Assembly: GCA_950097015.1 (NCBI GenBank)
Contig: CATNEN010000007.1
Coordinates: forward strand, 62,001 to 126,000
Reading direction: 5' to 3'
DNA length: 64,000 bases
Source: Macrostomum hystrix
Taxonomy: Eukaryota; Animalia; Platyhelminthes
Positions 11,721 through 26,008 of the stretch are shown here, one piece after another. Each line of letters begins with the position of its first letter. The first letter of the stretch is position 1. A program made the translations under genes and the position numbers. Below the pieces are notes generated by a model. That model was not told the DNA's origin, ran no database searches, and was given only the letters and a program-made list of their open reading frames with translations.

Positions 11721-12499
11721 GTGCAGAAGGCGAAAGTACACTCGATTAAAGTAAAACAGGCTGAAGGAGACTGAAGGAAAGAGGGAGGAGCCAGACCCGG
11801 ACAGGTGGGCCGAAGGCCGTTTCTCATTTCTCAGCAGCAGCCTGAGCACACTGCAGCCAACTAGAGCACTTCTCATTGTTGAGTATAGTTAGGCTTTGAG
11901 AAGCGGTTAAATAATTGATTCCACTGAAACTGAGAAGGAGTCCACGCTCCATGCTCTGACAGAAGAAGCATAGCGCAACTGCCCGACTGTTTTTTAAGGG
12001 GAGAAAATTTTGCGGAATAGCGGGAGGGGGGAGAATTGAAAAGAAAACCTCCGGCTTCTTTGAAGTCCCCTTCAGTCCGGCGTCAGGGGAGCTGAAACTG
12101 CAGCTGCTGACTGCCCTCTCCTCCCCCAGGGGATCTCAACGAGAGTGGAGGAAGGGGAGAGGAGCTGCTAGGATAAACTCCCAATTGCGTTGGGCAATTT
12201 CTTCGAAAAAGGGGACAGTGAACTAAAATCCCAGACCTCCGCTTCCGGGTTCATTCTTTCCCTTGTCCAAAACCGCACAATCCGACCGTCAGTCCCAGAT
12301 GGGATAACAACTACCGCTGCGAGAATTCCCCCACACACCCCGACAAACTCCAGACAAACTTTTCTAGGTGATTCTGATTTGCTTTCGTCAGTGTCGCATC
12401 CTCTCCTGGCCTGTCTAGAAACCAGGATTTCTTCTGAGAGCACCGCTGGCTCCATTGGCAAGGCCCAAAACAGCCACGCTTCCCTATTAACTCATTCTC

Positions 12500-12960
12500 C
12501 ACAGTGTCACAGATTTTTCCCATTTCTTGTATTCTTCCCCATTTTACAGAATCTTTCCCATTTCCTGGATTCTTCCCAATTTTATGGAGTCTGCCCTATT
12601 TAATAAATTCTTCCCCATTTCACAGATTATTCCCCATTTCACAGATTATTCCCCATTTCACAGATTATTCCCCATTTCACAGATTATTCCCCATTTCACA
12701 GATTATTCCCCATTTCACAGATTATTCCCCATTTCACAGATTATTCCCCATTTCACAGATTATTCCCCATTTCACAGATTATTCCCCATTTCACAGATTA
12801 TTCCCCATTTCACAGATTATTCCCCATTTCACAGATTATTCCCCATTTCACAGATTATTCCCCATTTCACAGATTATTCCCCATTTCCCAGAATCTTCCC
12901 CATTTCACAGATTATTCCCCATTTCCCAGAATCTTCCCCATTTCACAGACTTTTATCCAT
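12500..12960. repeat. 19-bp minisatellite (CAGATTATTCCCCATTTCA)
   Basis: Direct tandem periodicity. Confidence 0.95.
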
Positions 12961-13544
12961 GGAAGTGACAATAATTTTTCGTATATTAGACAGAGAGGAT
13001 CTCGCGTATTGAGTGCAAACTGTGAAATCGCTTTAACTATTGAGTAATAAGGCTGACACAGTGGAGTTTTTTGGCACACAAAGAAGCGATCGTTTATTTT
13101 TCACACTGCACTGCAAAGCATGAGGGTAATTCTCTGCTCCCATTCTATACTTTAATACACTGGTATAACAATGTGTGCCATATACTCTTCACAATAGCCT
13201 GGTCCGATCCCCTGTCTGGTGGGCTGGGGTTGGTCCTCTGCCGATTTGCCGACCACCGGCACTTCAAAAAACGTTGCATTCCAGTAGCTGATAGCCTGGG
13301 ATTAGAAGGGGCTTGACACCTTCTAGACTAGCTGCCTAGTGACTGGCTGCCCTGGTCAGGACTGACAGCTCGCTGACTGACGGACAATGCGACTGGGCAG
13401 CCGGGCTGCCACCGGGCATTTTTATTCTTCCTGTTTGTCTCCTCCCTGCCTATCCTGGCCATTGTGAGAGCCATTTTTTATAAATTAGCACTTCTACAAT
13501 GACTGATGTCAGTCAGGGCACTTTGAATTGGAAGTAAAGAGGAG

Positions 13545-13790
13545 AGAGCAGGACAGGACAGGAGTGGACAGGACAGGACAGGAGTGGACAGGACAGGACA
13601 GGACAGGACAGGACAGGAGTGGACAGGACAGGACAGGAGTGGACAGGACAGGACAGGAGTGGACAGGACAGGAGTGGACAGGACAGGATAGGACAGGACA
13701 GGACAGGACAGGAGTGGAAAGGACAGGACAGGACAGGACAGGAGTGGACAGGACAGGACAGGACAGGACAGGAGAGGAGAGGAGAGGAGC
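13545..13790. repeat. (GGACA)n pentamer repeat with GGAGT variants
   Basis: Seen directly. Confidence 0.9.
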
Positions 13791-14216
13791 TGAAAGTGTC
13801 AAAAAATCAACCGTACTTTATTATATGTGGAACAAATTATGACATTTATATTCACATGCTTACCGCTCGACGCTAATATTGTGTGAATTTGCAGGCGAAT
13901 ATTAGGTCTCCAGCCATTGGCTGAGGCTCTCGGCCAATCAGCTCGCTGCAAGTTGGGCAAAGCAATCAAGGCGGCGCAGTTCGTTACTCATTCCAGTGGG
14001 CTGAACCAGATAAAAGAGCTCACACATCAGCTGCCGGGTGGCAGGGAATTGACCCAGCCAATTAAGAAGCCGGAATCCAGTTTAAACTCCGAGTTGGTTG
14101 CTAGTTTTAATAAAAGCAATTTGGCCCGCTTTCGCAAGAAAATTATCATATCAATAGAAAATTTACTCTCAACAATTTCTTCAGAGAAAGAAAACGCGAA
14201 TTAGAAAGGCTGCGAG

Positions 14217-17200
14217 ATGCAGAAAAAACTGCTTCATCAGCTGCTTCTGCTGATTTTGATCATCGTCGAGATGATGAGTTCAACAACTCAAGCCATCAGA
14301 TCCGACGGTGAAGCAAGGACACAGTGCATTGCCGCCTGCTTGAAGGAATTCAAAGCCAGGGTGAGTTTGATATCCTTTGAATATGGGAAGAACCTATCAG
14401 GTTAGAGGAATCGCAAAAAGGGCTCAAATCTCAGCAGGAACCGTGGCTAGAATCGAAGCAAGAACCGTAGCTAGAATCGAAGCAAGAACCGTAGCTAGAA
14501 TCGAAGCGAGAACCGTAGCTAGAATCGAAGCAAGAACCGTAGCTAGAATCGAAGCAAGAACCGTAGCTAGAATCGAAGCAAGAACCGTAGCTAGAATCGA
14601 AGCGAGAACCGTAGCTAGAATCGAAGCAGGAACCGTGGCTAGAATCGAAGCAGGAACCGTGGCTAGAATCGAAGCAAGAACCGTAGCTAGAATCGAAGCA
14701 GGATCCGTGGCTAGAATCGAAGAAAGAACCGTAGCTAGAATCGAAGCGAGAACCGTAGCTAGAATCGAAGCAGGAACCGTGGCTAGAATCGAAGCAGGAA
14801 CCGTGGCTAGAATCGAAGCAAGAACCGTAGCTAGAATCGAAGCAGGATCCGTGGCTAGAATCGAAGCAAGAACCGTAGCTAGAATCGAAGCGAGAACCGT
14901 AGCTAGAATCGAAGCAGGAACCGTGGCTAGAATCGAAGCAGGAACCGTGGCTAGAATCGAAGCAAGAACCGTATCTAGAATCGAAGCAGGATCCGTAGCT
15001 AGAATCGAAGCAAGAACCGTAGCTAGAATCGAAGCAGGAACCGTAGCTAGAATCGAAGCAGGAACCGTGGCTAGAATCGAAGCAAGAACCGTAGCTAGAA
15101 TCGAAGCAGGATCCGCGGCTAGAATCGAAGCAAGAACCGTAGCTAGAATCGAAGCGAGAACCGTAGCTAGAATCGAAGCAGGAACCGTGGCTAGAATCGA
15201 AGCAGGAACCGTGGCTAGAATCGAAGCAGGAACCGTGGCTAGAATCGAAGCAAGAACCGTGGCTAGAATCGAAGCAGGAACCGTAGCTAGAATCGAAGCA
15301 AGAACCTAAGCGAATGACTCGAAATCAAGGTGATAATCTATATACAATGATAGAACCTTGGCTTTATGCCTATTATATCTTGGCCCCTCCAAATAGCGAC
15401 AGAAATGTGAGTCATAAATCAGGGAATTCTTCTACCATTCTCGTAGCAACGCAAATTTGTTGAATCACAGGCAGTTGAGAAGGCCAACTTTGTGATTGTC
15501 ACGCCGAAATGAGATCGTTATAAATCGGCCACTATTTATTACTCTTCTATAAGATCCCCAAGGGACAAATTTCGAATAGCTGTTTATTGGGGCCAAAGCG
15601 GTGACTCAGAACTCAGTGGCGAATTCTTGCATACAAGGCTGAGGTGCCCTTGTCTTAACTGGCCTTAATAATTATGCTAAACTGCTTGTGCAGTTATTGC
15701 CATGATCTCAATCATCACGGAAATGATTCAGATGCTGTTATCAGTATAGCTGATGAGGGAGAGAGTCAGGGTGAATGAGGGAGAGAGTCAGGGTGCATGG
15801 GGGAGAGTCAGGGTGCATGAGGGAGAGTCAGGGTGCATGGGGGAGAGTCAGGATGCATGGGGGGAGAGTCAGGGTGCATGGGGGAGAGTCAGGGTGAATG
15901 AGGGAGAGTCAGGGTGCATGAGGGAGAGTCAGGGTGCATTGGGGAGAGTCAGGGTGAATGAGGGAGAGTCAGGGTGAATGAGGGAGAGTCAGGGTGCATG
16001 AGGGAGAGTCAGGGTGCATTGGGGAGAGTCAGGGTGCATGGGGAGAGTCAGGATGCATGGAGGAGAGTCAGGGTGAATGAGGGAGAGTCAGGGTGCATGG
16101 GGGAGAGTCAGGGTGCATGGGGAGAGTCAGGATGCATGGAGGAGAGTCAGGGTGAATGAGGGAGAGTCAGGGTGCATGGGGGGAGAGTCAGGATGCATGG
16201 GGGAGAGTCAGGGTGCATGGGGGAGAGTCAGGGTGAATGAGGGAGAGTCAGGGTGCATGGGGGAGAGTCAGGGTGCATGGGGGAGAGTCAGGGTGAATGA
16301 GGGAGAGTCAGGGTGAATGAGGGAGAGAGTCAGGGTGCATGGGGGGAGAGTCAGGGTGCATGGGGGGAGAGTCAGGGTGCATGGGGAGAGTCAGGGTGCA
16401 TGGGGAGAGTCAGGGTGCATGGGGGAGAGTCAGGGTGCATGGGGGAGAGTCAGGGTGCATGGGGGAGAGTCAGGGTGCATGGGGGAGAGTCAGGGTGCAT
16501 GGGGGAGAGTCAGGGTGCATGGGGGAGAGTCAGGGTGCATGGGGGAGAGTCAGGGTGCATGGGGGAGAGTCAGGGTGCATGGGGGAGAGTCAGGGTGCAT
16601 GGGGGAGAGTCAGGGTGCATGGGGGCGAGTCAGGGTGCATGGGGGAGAGTCAGGGTGCATGGGGGAGAGTCAGGGTGCATGGGGGAGAGTCAGGGTGCAT
16701 GGGGGAGAGTCAGGGTGCATGGGGGAGAGTCAGGGTGCATGGGGGAGAGGAGTCAACAGCCAAAAGTGTTGCTGTATGCGCTATCCAAGTTCAGCGCTGA
16801 TGAAGACTTATTATACCCAACTCTTTCTCTAAGCATTCAACTATCAGACAATGGAATTTGATATGGTGGGTATCTTAACAAGATAATTTTAGCCCAGCAA
16901 GACGTGACAAGTGGTTGATGTGAGGGATTGGCTGAATAGAGCTGCAGTTTATAATAGAAATATATATTTCTTTTTTGTTTTTTTTTCTGTTCTCCGCTGA
17001 GCCATGGCTAAATACTTGCGCCGTCTGGCACGATGAATTTTTTCATTCGTAATTCGAGTTGAAAACGGAGAGACTCATTTTTCTTTCTTTCTCTCGCTTT
17101 TTTATTTTTCTTTCTAAGGATCTGTTCTCAATTGTGCTCATGATTACCTAGCCATCTAAGTGAAAGATAGACAATGAAACCTAGGTGTCTGACTGCAGGC

Positions 17201-20200
17201 ATTTTGCCATTGCTAAATTCTTCTCAGACACCTTTGCTTTCTTATTTTCTGCTGGTTTATTTTAGCCTCGGAGTTTGAGCATTGCTGCCTGAGTAGCATA
17301 GTGGCTTGTTCTCAATTTATTCTGAGTCACGCTCCCACTAGAAGCAGCGAATTCAGCCAGGTTCATGATGAGTTTAGGTAGATTAAACTGTTTGGTGAGT
17401 TTATTTATTTAGAAAATTGCTTTATGGAAATGTGCCAAAATTTCTAACTCAACAGCTAGTTAAACGATTCGACAATCTGAACTATTTTCGAGTGTTCCTG
17501 TGCCAAACTTGGTGCTACCTGAAAGTTGGTAGAGGTGTGCATCGAGTACAGGCAGCATTGCACACTCACATATATTCTATTTTAGTTACCATGCTAGAAA
17601 ACTGTGTGTTTGAATTGCCGCCAATGTTTTAATTGTTGCCGAATGCAGCTTTCTGAGCAATTCGGAACAGCTTTTTGAAGTGTAGACGCAACGAGAGATG
17701 AGGAATGGAAGGCCACTTGGAGACAATTGAGAGTCTTGAGTGCGGTAGGGTGGCAAGGCCCATAGCAACAGAGCTCACAGAGGTGACAATTAATAATCTG
17801 CTACAACCCCCCAACAAACTGAACTGTCAAAAACTGCTTTTAAATGAAAGAATATTGATAAACACTGTCACTGGAAATTGAAATTTGAAATCAAATCAAG
17901 CCTTGACAAATTCACAATGTGATGCGATGCTTTGGATTGAGAGAGGGTCAGGGTGAATGAGGGAGAGTCAGGGTGAATGAGGGAGAGTCAGGGTGAATGA
18001 GGGAGAGTCAGGGTGAATGAGGGAGGGTCAGGGTGAATGAAGGAGAGTCAGGGTGAATGAGGGAGAGTCAGGGTGAATGAGGGAGAGTCATGGTGAATGA
18101 GGGAGAGTCAGGGTGAATGAGGGAGAGTCATGGTGAATGAGGGAGAGTCAGGGTGAATGAGGGAGAGTCATGGTGAATGAGGGGCAGAGTCATGGTGAAT
18201 GAGGGGCAGAGTCAGGGTGAATGAGGGAGAGTCAGGGTGAATGAGGGAGAGTCAGGGTGAATGAGGGAGAGTCATGGTGAATGAGGGAGAGTCAGGGTGA
18301 ATGAGGGAGAGTCAGGGTGAATGAGGGGCAGAGTCAGGGTGAATGAGGGAGAGTCAGGGTGAATGAGGGAGAGTCAGGGTGAATGAGGGAGAGTCATGGT
18401 GAATGAGGGAGAGTCATGGTGAATGAGGGAGAGTCAGGGTGAATGAGGGAGAGTCAGGGTGAATGAGGGAGAGTCAGGGTGAATGAGGGAGAGAGTCAGG
18501 GTGAATGAGGGAGAGTCAGGGTGAATGAGGGAGAGTCAGGGTGAATGAGGGAGAGTCAGGGTGAATGAGGGAGAGTCAGGGTGAATGAGGGAGAGTCAGG
18601 GTGAATGAGGGAGAGAGTCAGGGTGAATGAGGGAGAGTCAGGGTGAATGAGGGAGAGTCAGGGTGAATGAGGGAGAGTCAGGGTGAATGAGGGAGAGAGT
18701 CAGGGTGAATGAGGGAGAGTCAGGGGTCAATGAGGGAGAGTCAGGGTGAATGAGGGAGAGTCAGGGTGAATGAGGGAGAGTCAGGGTGAATGAGGGAGAG
18801 TCATGGTGAATGAGGGGCAGAGTCATGGTGAATGAGGGGCAGAGTCAGGGTGAATGAGGGAGAGTCAGGGTGAATAAGGGGCAGAGTCAGGGTGAATGAG
18901 GGAGAGTCAGGGTGAATAAGGGGCAGAGTCAGGGTGAATGAGGGAGAGCCAGGGTGAATGAGGGAGAGTCAGGGTGAATGAGGGGCAGAGTCAGGGCGAA
19001 TGAGGGGCAGAGTCAGGGTGATAGTAATGTGTGAATGCTTGATTGTAATATAAGGAAAAGTATCACAAGCTTAAGTCAAACAGCATAACTGTGTCCAGCC
19101 TCATAAAACCTAAGCGAACAGTGCATGCTATTTGCACAGTGGCTGGGTCTGGTAGCATTCTGTAGTTCCGGTGTTAAGAACAAGCAGCAACAGTTTGTCT
19201 TTCTTTCTGTCGAATTTTTTGCTATCCTTCTATTTCACAGGGTAGAAAATTCAGCAAATATAAACGAAACATTCTATAGCTGGATGGCTTCAGCAGAATC
19301 TCGTGTTTGCCTCTTTTAAAAGATGACAGTTTGACACAGAACTAATTTTTATCTTAACAGATTAATATGAATAGTTATAGAAAGGATTGTCTGACTAAAC
19401 CTAAATAATGCTAATACATAATTACTCAAAAAAAAACAAACGCAGGTTTCACCTCAGCTGTCAGCCAAGTTGTCCCAGCATCCCTACCTCATCAACAGCG
19501 AGTGCGGTGGTGGCGGAGGCGGCAGCGGCGCTGAAGTGGCGATGGACAAAGCGGCAGTTTCTGCATGTAGCTCAGTGAGAATCTGCTTTCTATTCCCCAC
19601 TTTCTATCCCCACTTTCTATTCCCCACTTTCTATTCCCCACTTTCTATTCCCCCCTTTCTATTCCCCACTTTCTATTCCCCACTTTCTATTCCCCACTTT
19701 CTATTCCCCACTTTCTATTCCCCACTTTCTATTCCCCACTTTCTATTCCCCACTTTCTATTCCCCACTTTCTATTCCCCACTTTCTATTCCCCACTTTCT
19801 ATTCCCCACTTTCTATTCCCCACTTTCTATTCCCCACTTTCTATTCCCCACTTTCTATTCCCCACTTTCTATTCCCCACTTTGTTATCCCAGTCTTCTAT
19901 TCCTAACTTTCTATTCTCTATCATCCATTCCCCACTTTCTATACCCTAATTTGTAATCCCCAGTTTCTAAATCCCAATTTCTGTAATCCCTGCTTTCTCA
20001 GCGCTTCTCCAAATAAATTCTGCCTGGAATCCATTACAGCGACACTTAGCCAATTCGAATTGTCCACTCGAGTATCATAAGCGCATCCTACACCGATTAG
20101 ATGGATGGATGAATGGTTGCCATGGAGCCCATCGCTGAGTCACTGTCGCCTATAGCCGCATTCCTGTTCAATGTTGACGCCGCAAAGCAGCAAATAGAAG

Positions 20201-22122
20201 TGTTATAGGGAAGTGTTTTCGCGCGGTCAGCAACAGCAGCGGCTGCACAGCTGGAGTCGAGGGCTGTGGTGATGAATGCGAGGGACTCCCCGCTGGTCTC
20301 TGGCTCAGATGTCACTCCCCAAAACTGCTTGGCTACGGGGCAGAGCGTTTTACTTTTTTGCTTGTTTCAAAATTTCAAAAGAATCGGGCAACGATTAACC
20401 CGGAATAGTCAAATCATAGTAAACAGAGAGACTGCGAGACAGTTAAATATTAGATTGACTGACAGATATGCCAAATTCTACATCCGTATACAAATGTCCG
20501 ATCAATGATTCAACCCGAAAAAAATATATTTAATTGGACAGCCTTCTACACCATTCTACACTACAGATAATAGACTATTATCTTCGAGAATTATAAGATG
20601 GTTTATAAATATGAAATAAGATCGTCTGTTCTACGAAAGATAATCTTCTAAACTAAGAAAGAAGATCGTCTCTCTTTTCTAAGAAAGAAGATCGTCTCTC
20701 TTTTCTAAGAAAGAAGATCGTCTCTCTTTTCTAAGAAAGAAGATCGCCTCTTTGTTCTAAGAAAGAAGATCGCCTCTTTGTTCTAAGAAAGAAGATCGTC
20801 TCTTTGTTCTAAGAAAGAAGATCGTCTCTCTTTTCTAAGAAAGAAGATCGCCTCTTTGTTCTAAGAAAGAAGATCGTCTCTTTGTTCTAAGAAAGAAGAT
20901 CGCCTCTTTGTTCTAAGAAAGAAGATCGTCTCTCTTTTCTAAGAAAGAAGATCGCCTCTTTGTTCTAAGAGAGAAGATCGTCTCTTTGTTCTAAGAAAGA
21001 AGATCGTCTCTTTGTTCTAAGAAAGAAGATCGTCTCTCTTTTCTAAGAAAGAAGATCGCCTCTTTGTTCTAAGAAAGAAGATCGTCTCTTTGTTCTAAGA
21101 AAGAAGATCGTCTCTTGTTCTAAGAAAGAAGATCGTCTCTTTGTTCTAAGAAAGAAGATCGTCTCTCTTTTCTAAGAAAGAAGATCGTCTCTCTTTTCTA
21201 AGAAAGAAGATCGCCTCTTTGTTCTAAGAAAGAAGATTGTCTCTCTTTTCTAAGAAAGAAGATCGCCTCTTTGTTCTAAGAAAGAAGATCGTCTCTTTGT
21301 TCTAAGAAAGAAGATCGTCTCTCTTTTCTAAGAAAGAAGATCGTCTCTCTTTTTTTAAGAAAGACGATCTTCTATTCTTAGAAAATAAACTGTCTCATTA
21401 AAACAACAAAGAATACGATCTATTTTAGGTAAGAAATTTCTAAACCATTTAAAAAAAGTGTCCTTTTTTCTTTACAGAACTCACATCTCGATGACCTTTA
21501 TGCAATAGGCACAAAGGCAACAGGCAGTATATATTTTTTAACAATGACAAAGAGTTGATTAGGAAATCTGCTATCGAAGTCCCAAAATTTCCAACCTTCA
21601 TGCCACCCGGGTGTGTCCTCCTCCTTTTACTGGAAGAGAATCTGAGAGAAGAAATACTTTTATAGATAAGAAATAATTCACAAACACTCAGATCTGATGA
21701 ATGATTTTATCTGTGATATCGGCTGCATCCAACCTCAGCACCTCACTGCGAAAGCTTGAGTGACTATGAAGGGTGTCAGCCAGCTAAATGAGCTCAACTT
21801 CCTGTTTTTTATACTCGTAGAAATATTTTCTGAAGCCACTCGGCAAGCGGAAAATGCCTCGGGAGAGGAGTGGTTAAGAGAGTGCAATGCATTGATTGCA
21901 CACGTTGCCAAATGTATAGATGGGGTTAAGTTCATAACACTGAAACTGAACCAAAGTGTCACCATTCTCAACTTCAACTCAAAATTCAATACAGTAATTG
22001 ATTGATTCTGATAGTATCTTTTCTAATGCGTTTTGAAAAGCTTAATTGTCATTCAGTGCCGTGATTGTTAATGAGGTAGAAGAGGTGATCGATTGATTGA
22101 AACTGATTTGGACAGATAGAAA

Positions 22123-22179
<57 letters not shown>

Positions 22180-22184
22180 GAGAC

Positions 22185-22269
<85 letters not shown>

Positions 22270-25200
22270 GAGACAAAAAGACAGACAGACAGACAGACAA
22301 ACAGCACAAATCTCAGCCAAATTGGTCCATAATTGGCTAACATTGATGGTGAAAGTGTTTGCAGTCCGTCGGCCAGCCATTGCGCAATTCTCAGAGTGGC
22401 ATGGCGAGTGTTTGTGTGTGAATTGGCACCGAACCCTCTTGACCCGGTGAGAGCCAATCCAGGCAAACTTTACCAAGTTTTCTGCTACAACTTTTTTTTA
22501 CTTCAGCAAATTTGATAATGCAATCAGGAAAGCTTCTATTGACAGATTCAACGCAAATCTTTCTACTGCTGAAGTGGGATTTTATCCCTGGCAGCCACAC
22601 TAGCACTGGGAAGCCAAGTTGATGAGTCCTATTATCGAGATATTTGCCGGCTGCTAACTCAATCACGCCACGGCCCACTGCCTTTCCTTAGCAAAACTGT
22701 TTCACATTTTTTTCTAGTTTACTTTGAGCAGTCGCAATTCTCTACTCCATCACACTGAGCGTTGGTAATCCAACACTGCAATTTTTTGTTAGCACCATTC
22801 ACTCTCTATACAATATCCCAATTGATTCTCAGATTTCTCTTTCTGTTCCACTACCCTTCTCTCCTCCCCTCTGTTCCTCTACCCTTCTCTCCTCCCCTCT
22901 ATTCCTCTTCCCTTCTCTCCTCCCCTCTGTTCCTCTACCCTTCTCTCCTCCCCTCTGTTCATCTACCCCTCTCTCCTCCCCTGTTCATCTACCCCTCTCC
23001 TCCCCTGTTCATCTACCCCTCTCTCCTCCCTTGTTTATCTACCCCTCTCTCCTCCCCTGTTCATCTACCCTCTCTCCTCCCCTGTTCATCTACCCCTCTC
23101 TCCTCCCCTGTTCATCTACCCCTCTCCTCCCCTGTTCATCTACCCCACTCACCTCCCCTGTTCATCTACCCCTCTCACCTCCCTGTTCATCTACCGCTCT
23201 CACCTCCCCTGTTCATCTACCCCTCTCACCTCTCCTGTTCATCTACCCCTCTCTCCTCCCCTGTTCATCTACCCCTCTCACCTCCCCTGTTTATCTACCC
23301 CTCTCTCCTCCCCTGTTCATCTACCCCTCTCTCCTCCCTTGTTTATCTACCCCTCTCTCCTCCCCTGTTCATCTACCCCTCTCCTCCCCTGTTCATCTAC
23401 CCCTCTCTCCTCCCTTGTTTATCTACCCCTCTCTCCTCCCCTGTTCATCTACCCCTCTCTCCTCCCCTGTTCCTCTACCCCTCTCTCCTCACTTTTGTTC
23501 CTCTACCCCTCTCTCCTCACTTTTGTTCCTCTACCCCTCTCTCTACCATCCTTCTCAGCCTCCAAGCTCTCAGATTTCTCTTCTTTCAAAAACATCCCCT
23601 AATCCTAACCCGCTAATCAAACGTTTTCAAAATGAAGCTTCAACGAGATGTGGCTAGAATTGAGATCTTAAATTTGTTTGACCGGGTGGAGGGTAGATAA
23701 AAGACGTATAGGAAGAAAGACAGAGAGAGGAACCAAGCTAGGGAGAAAAATCCCCTATATGACAAGATTCCCCCCATTTAAAAGCATCGGTACGGAGGGA
23801 GGAGTAAAATTTTTTAAAGGCAAGTCTTAAAAGCATGGCACGGTCGGACACACAATCGGTCGGTCATGACTAGTAGAATTATGACACCTCAACTGTCACC
23901 TATGTGTGCGCCAGTGTCCAACGATGCAGCAGATGCCAGCCAGATGCTGCGCGGATGCAAGCCATTTCCCCACTTGAAATTTCTTCCACCAAGCCGCCAG
24001 CCGTCTGTAAAAGCCTCACCGCAATCCTACAAAACCTATGAAAGAAGAAAGTTGTAGAAAACAACAGAATGGCGAAAGGGCTAACGTAGTCTTAGTGAAA
24101 ACAGAGCAACCTGAGGATCGCATTTTGCGTAGGACGAGAAAGTGAAATTGAGATTTTTATTCCCTCCTCGATGAATGCTACCTTGACGATTTTTGCGACG
24201 AAGAAAATTTTTTTTCTCTTTGTTAACTATATCTCCAGTCTCTCTGCGGTGGAAATTTTCAGTGCACAGCATTGCATTGAATATTGCCACTTTAAGTTTA
24301 TTAGCAACACCCAATGGGACCAGAATGTTTGCTTGTGCGCATGACACTGCCGTGCCCGCCAGCCTTACTGGGTAGCCTCACCTTCACTCCACTCACTCTA
24401 CTTCACTTTAATGTCCTCCTCTCCTATCGTCTCCATTCCTCTCCCCTCTTCTCCTCTCCTCTCCTCTCCTCTCCTCTCCTCTCCTCTCCTCTCCTCTTCT
24501 CTCCTCTCCTCTCTTCTCCTCTCCATTCCTCTCCTCTCCTCTTCTCTCCTCTCCTCTCTTCTCCTCTCCATTCCTCTCCTCTCCTCTTCTCTCCTCTCCT
24601 CTCTTCTCCTCTCCATTCCTCTCCTCTCCTCTTCTCTCCTCTCCTCTCTTCTCCTCTCCATTCCTCTCCTCTCCTCTCCTCTCCTCTCCTCTCCTCTCCT
24701 CTCCTCTTCTCTCCTCTCCTCTCTTCTCCTCTCCATTCCTCTCCTCTCCTCTCTTCTCCTCTCCTCTCCTCTCCTCTCCTCTCCTCTCCTCTCCTCTCCT
24801 CTCCTCTCCTCTCTTCTCCTCTCCTCTCCTCTCCTCTCCTCTCCATTCCTCTCCTCTCCTCTCCTCTCCTCTCCTCTCCATTCCTCTCCTCTCCTCTCCT
24901 CTCCTCTCCTCTCCTCTCCTCTCCTCTCCTCTTCTCTCCTCTCCTCTCCTCTCCTCTCCTCTCCTCTCCTCTCCTCTCCTCTCCTCTTCTCTCCTCTCCT
25001 CTCCTCTCCTCTCCTCTCCTCTCCTCTTCTCTCCTCTCCTCTCTTCTCCTCTCCATTCCTCTCCTCTCCTCTCTTCTCCTCTCCTCTCCTCTCCTCTCCT
25101 CTCCTCTCCTCTCCTCTCCTCTCCTCTCCTGTCCTGTCCTGTACTCTCTTCTCCTCTCCTCTCCTCTCCTCTCTTCTCCTCTCCATTCCTCTCCTCTCCT

Positions 25201-25841
25201 CTCTTCTCCTCTCCTCTCCTCTCCTCTCCTCTCCTCTCCTCTCTAAATAATAATATATTATATTATTCTCCTCTTAGAACCCGAAGCTGAAACGCAAACG
25301 GCAACGAATTAAGAAAATTCAAATCCCTAATAACTGCCCTGGTCAATACAGTAATAAAACTACCCTGACCCTTAGAAACAAAGAATTCTTGAATTTGCAA
25401 GCACTTTCTGCTTCCGTCTGTCAGGCGGTGAAAGTGTTTCGTCTGCGGTCGCGAGCTCGCAACACTGGGGCAAAGTTGGCTAATTCAGGCGCAACTGCTT
25501 TATGTTGCCGCTTCTGCTTTATGCGTTAAAATATTTTTTGTGGTCCGTCATTTCTCATCCATCGCTGCTTTGCTAAAGAAAATAAGTTCAAGCCTAGGAC
25601 AGGGAAGGGAAATTTCAAGTCAAAAGGATGTAAAATCTCAATGTCTTCTACTTTGAAAGACATTCTGAGATTCCAATCTTTCATTTCCAAAGCACTCGCA
25701 AATCGATTCAATTTGGCTTTGCAGTGCAGCAGGGCTTGCAACTGGTTCGATACGAAGAGCTTTCCTAGAAACAGCACCGGCTGCGAACAGTTCTGCAAGG
25801 TGAGGCACTGAATACCGAAATTGGTAATTCACCTATTTGCT

Positions 25842-25906
<65 letters not shown>

Positions 25907-25907
25907 G

Positions 25908-25939
<32 letters not shown>

Positions 25940-25967
25940 TACAGATAGATAGATAGATGGATAGATG

Positions 25968-26008
<41 letters not shown>

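Noticed and set aside
14377-15309. Long repetitive ORFs ([36 protein letters not shown], etc.)
   Set aside because: They lie in introns of well-supported genes, are open in several frames or strands, and simply reflect repeat periodicity.
24112-24155. Second hammerhead candidate CTGAGGA...GAAA
   Set aside because: The hairpin CGCA/TGCG is not adjacent to GAAA, and there is no stem I or stem III. Other CTGATGA/CTGAAGA hits I noticed (7386, ~7425 minus, 16798, 21695, 61227) also lack the fold.
19575-25724. A missing anosmin exon between exons 2 and 3
   Set aside because: Direct joining gives ACSSCSRAC, which already supplies the expected C-x2-C-x3-C spacing in phase.
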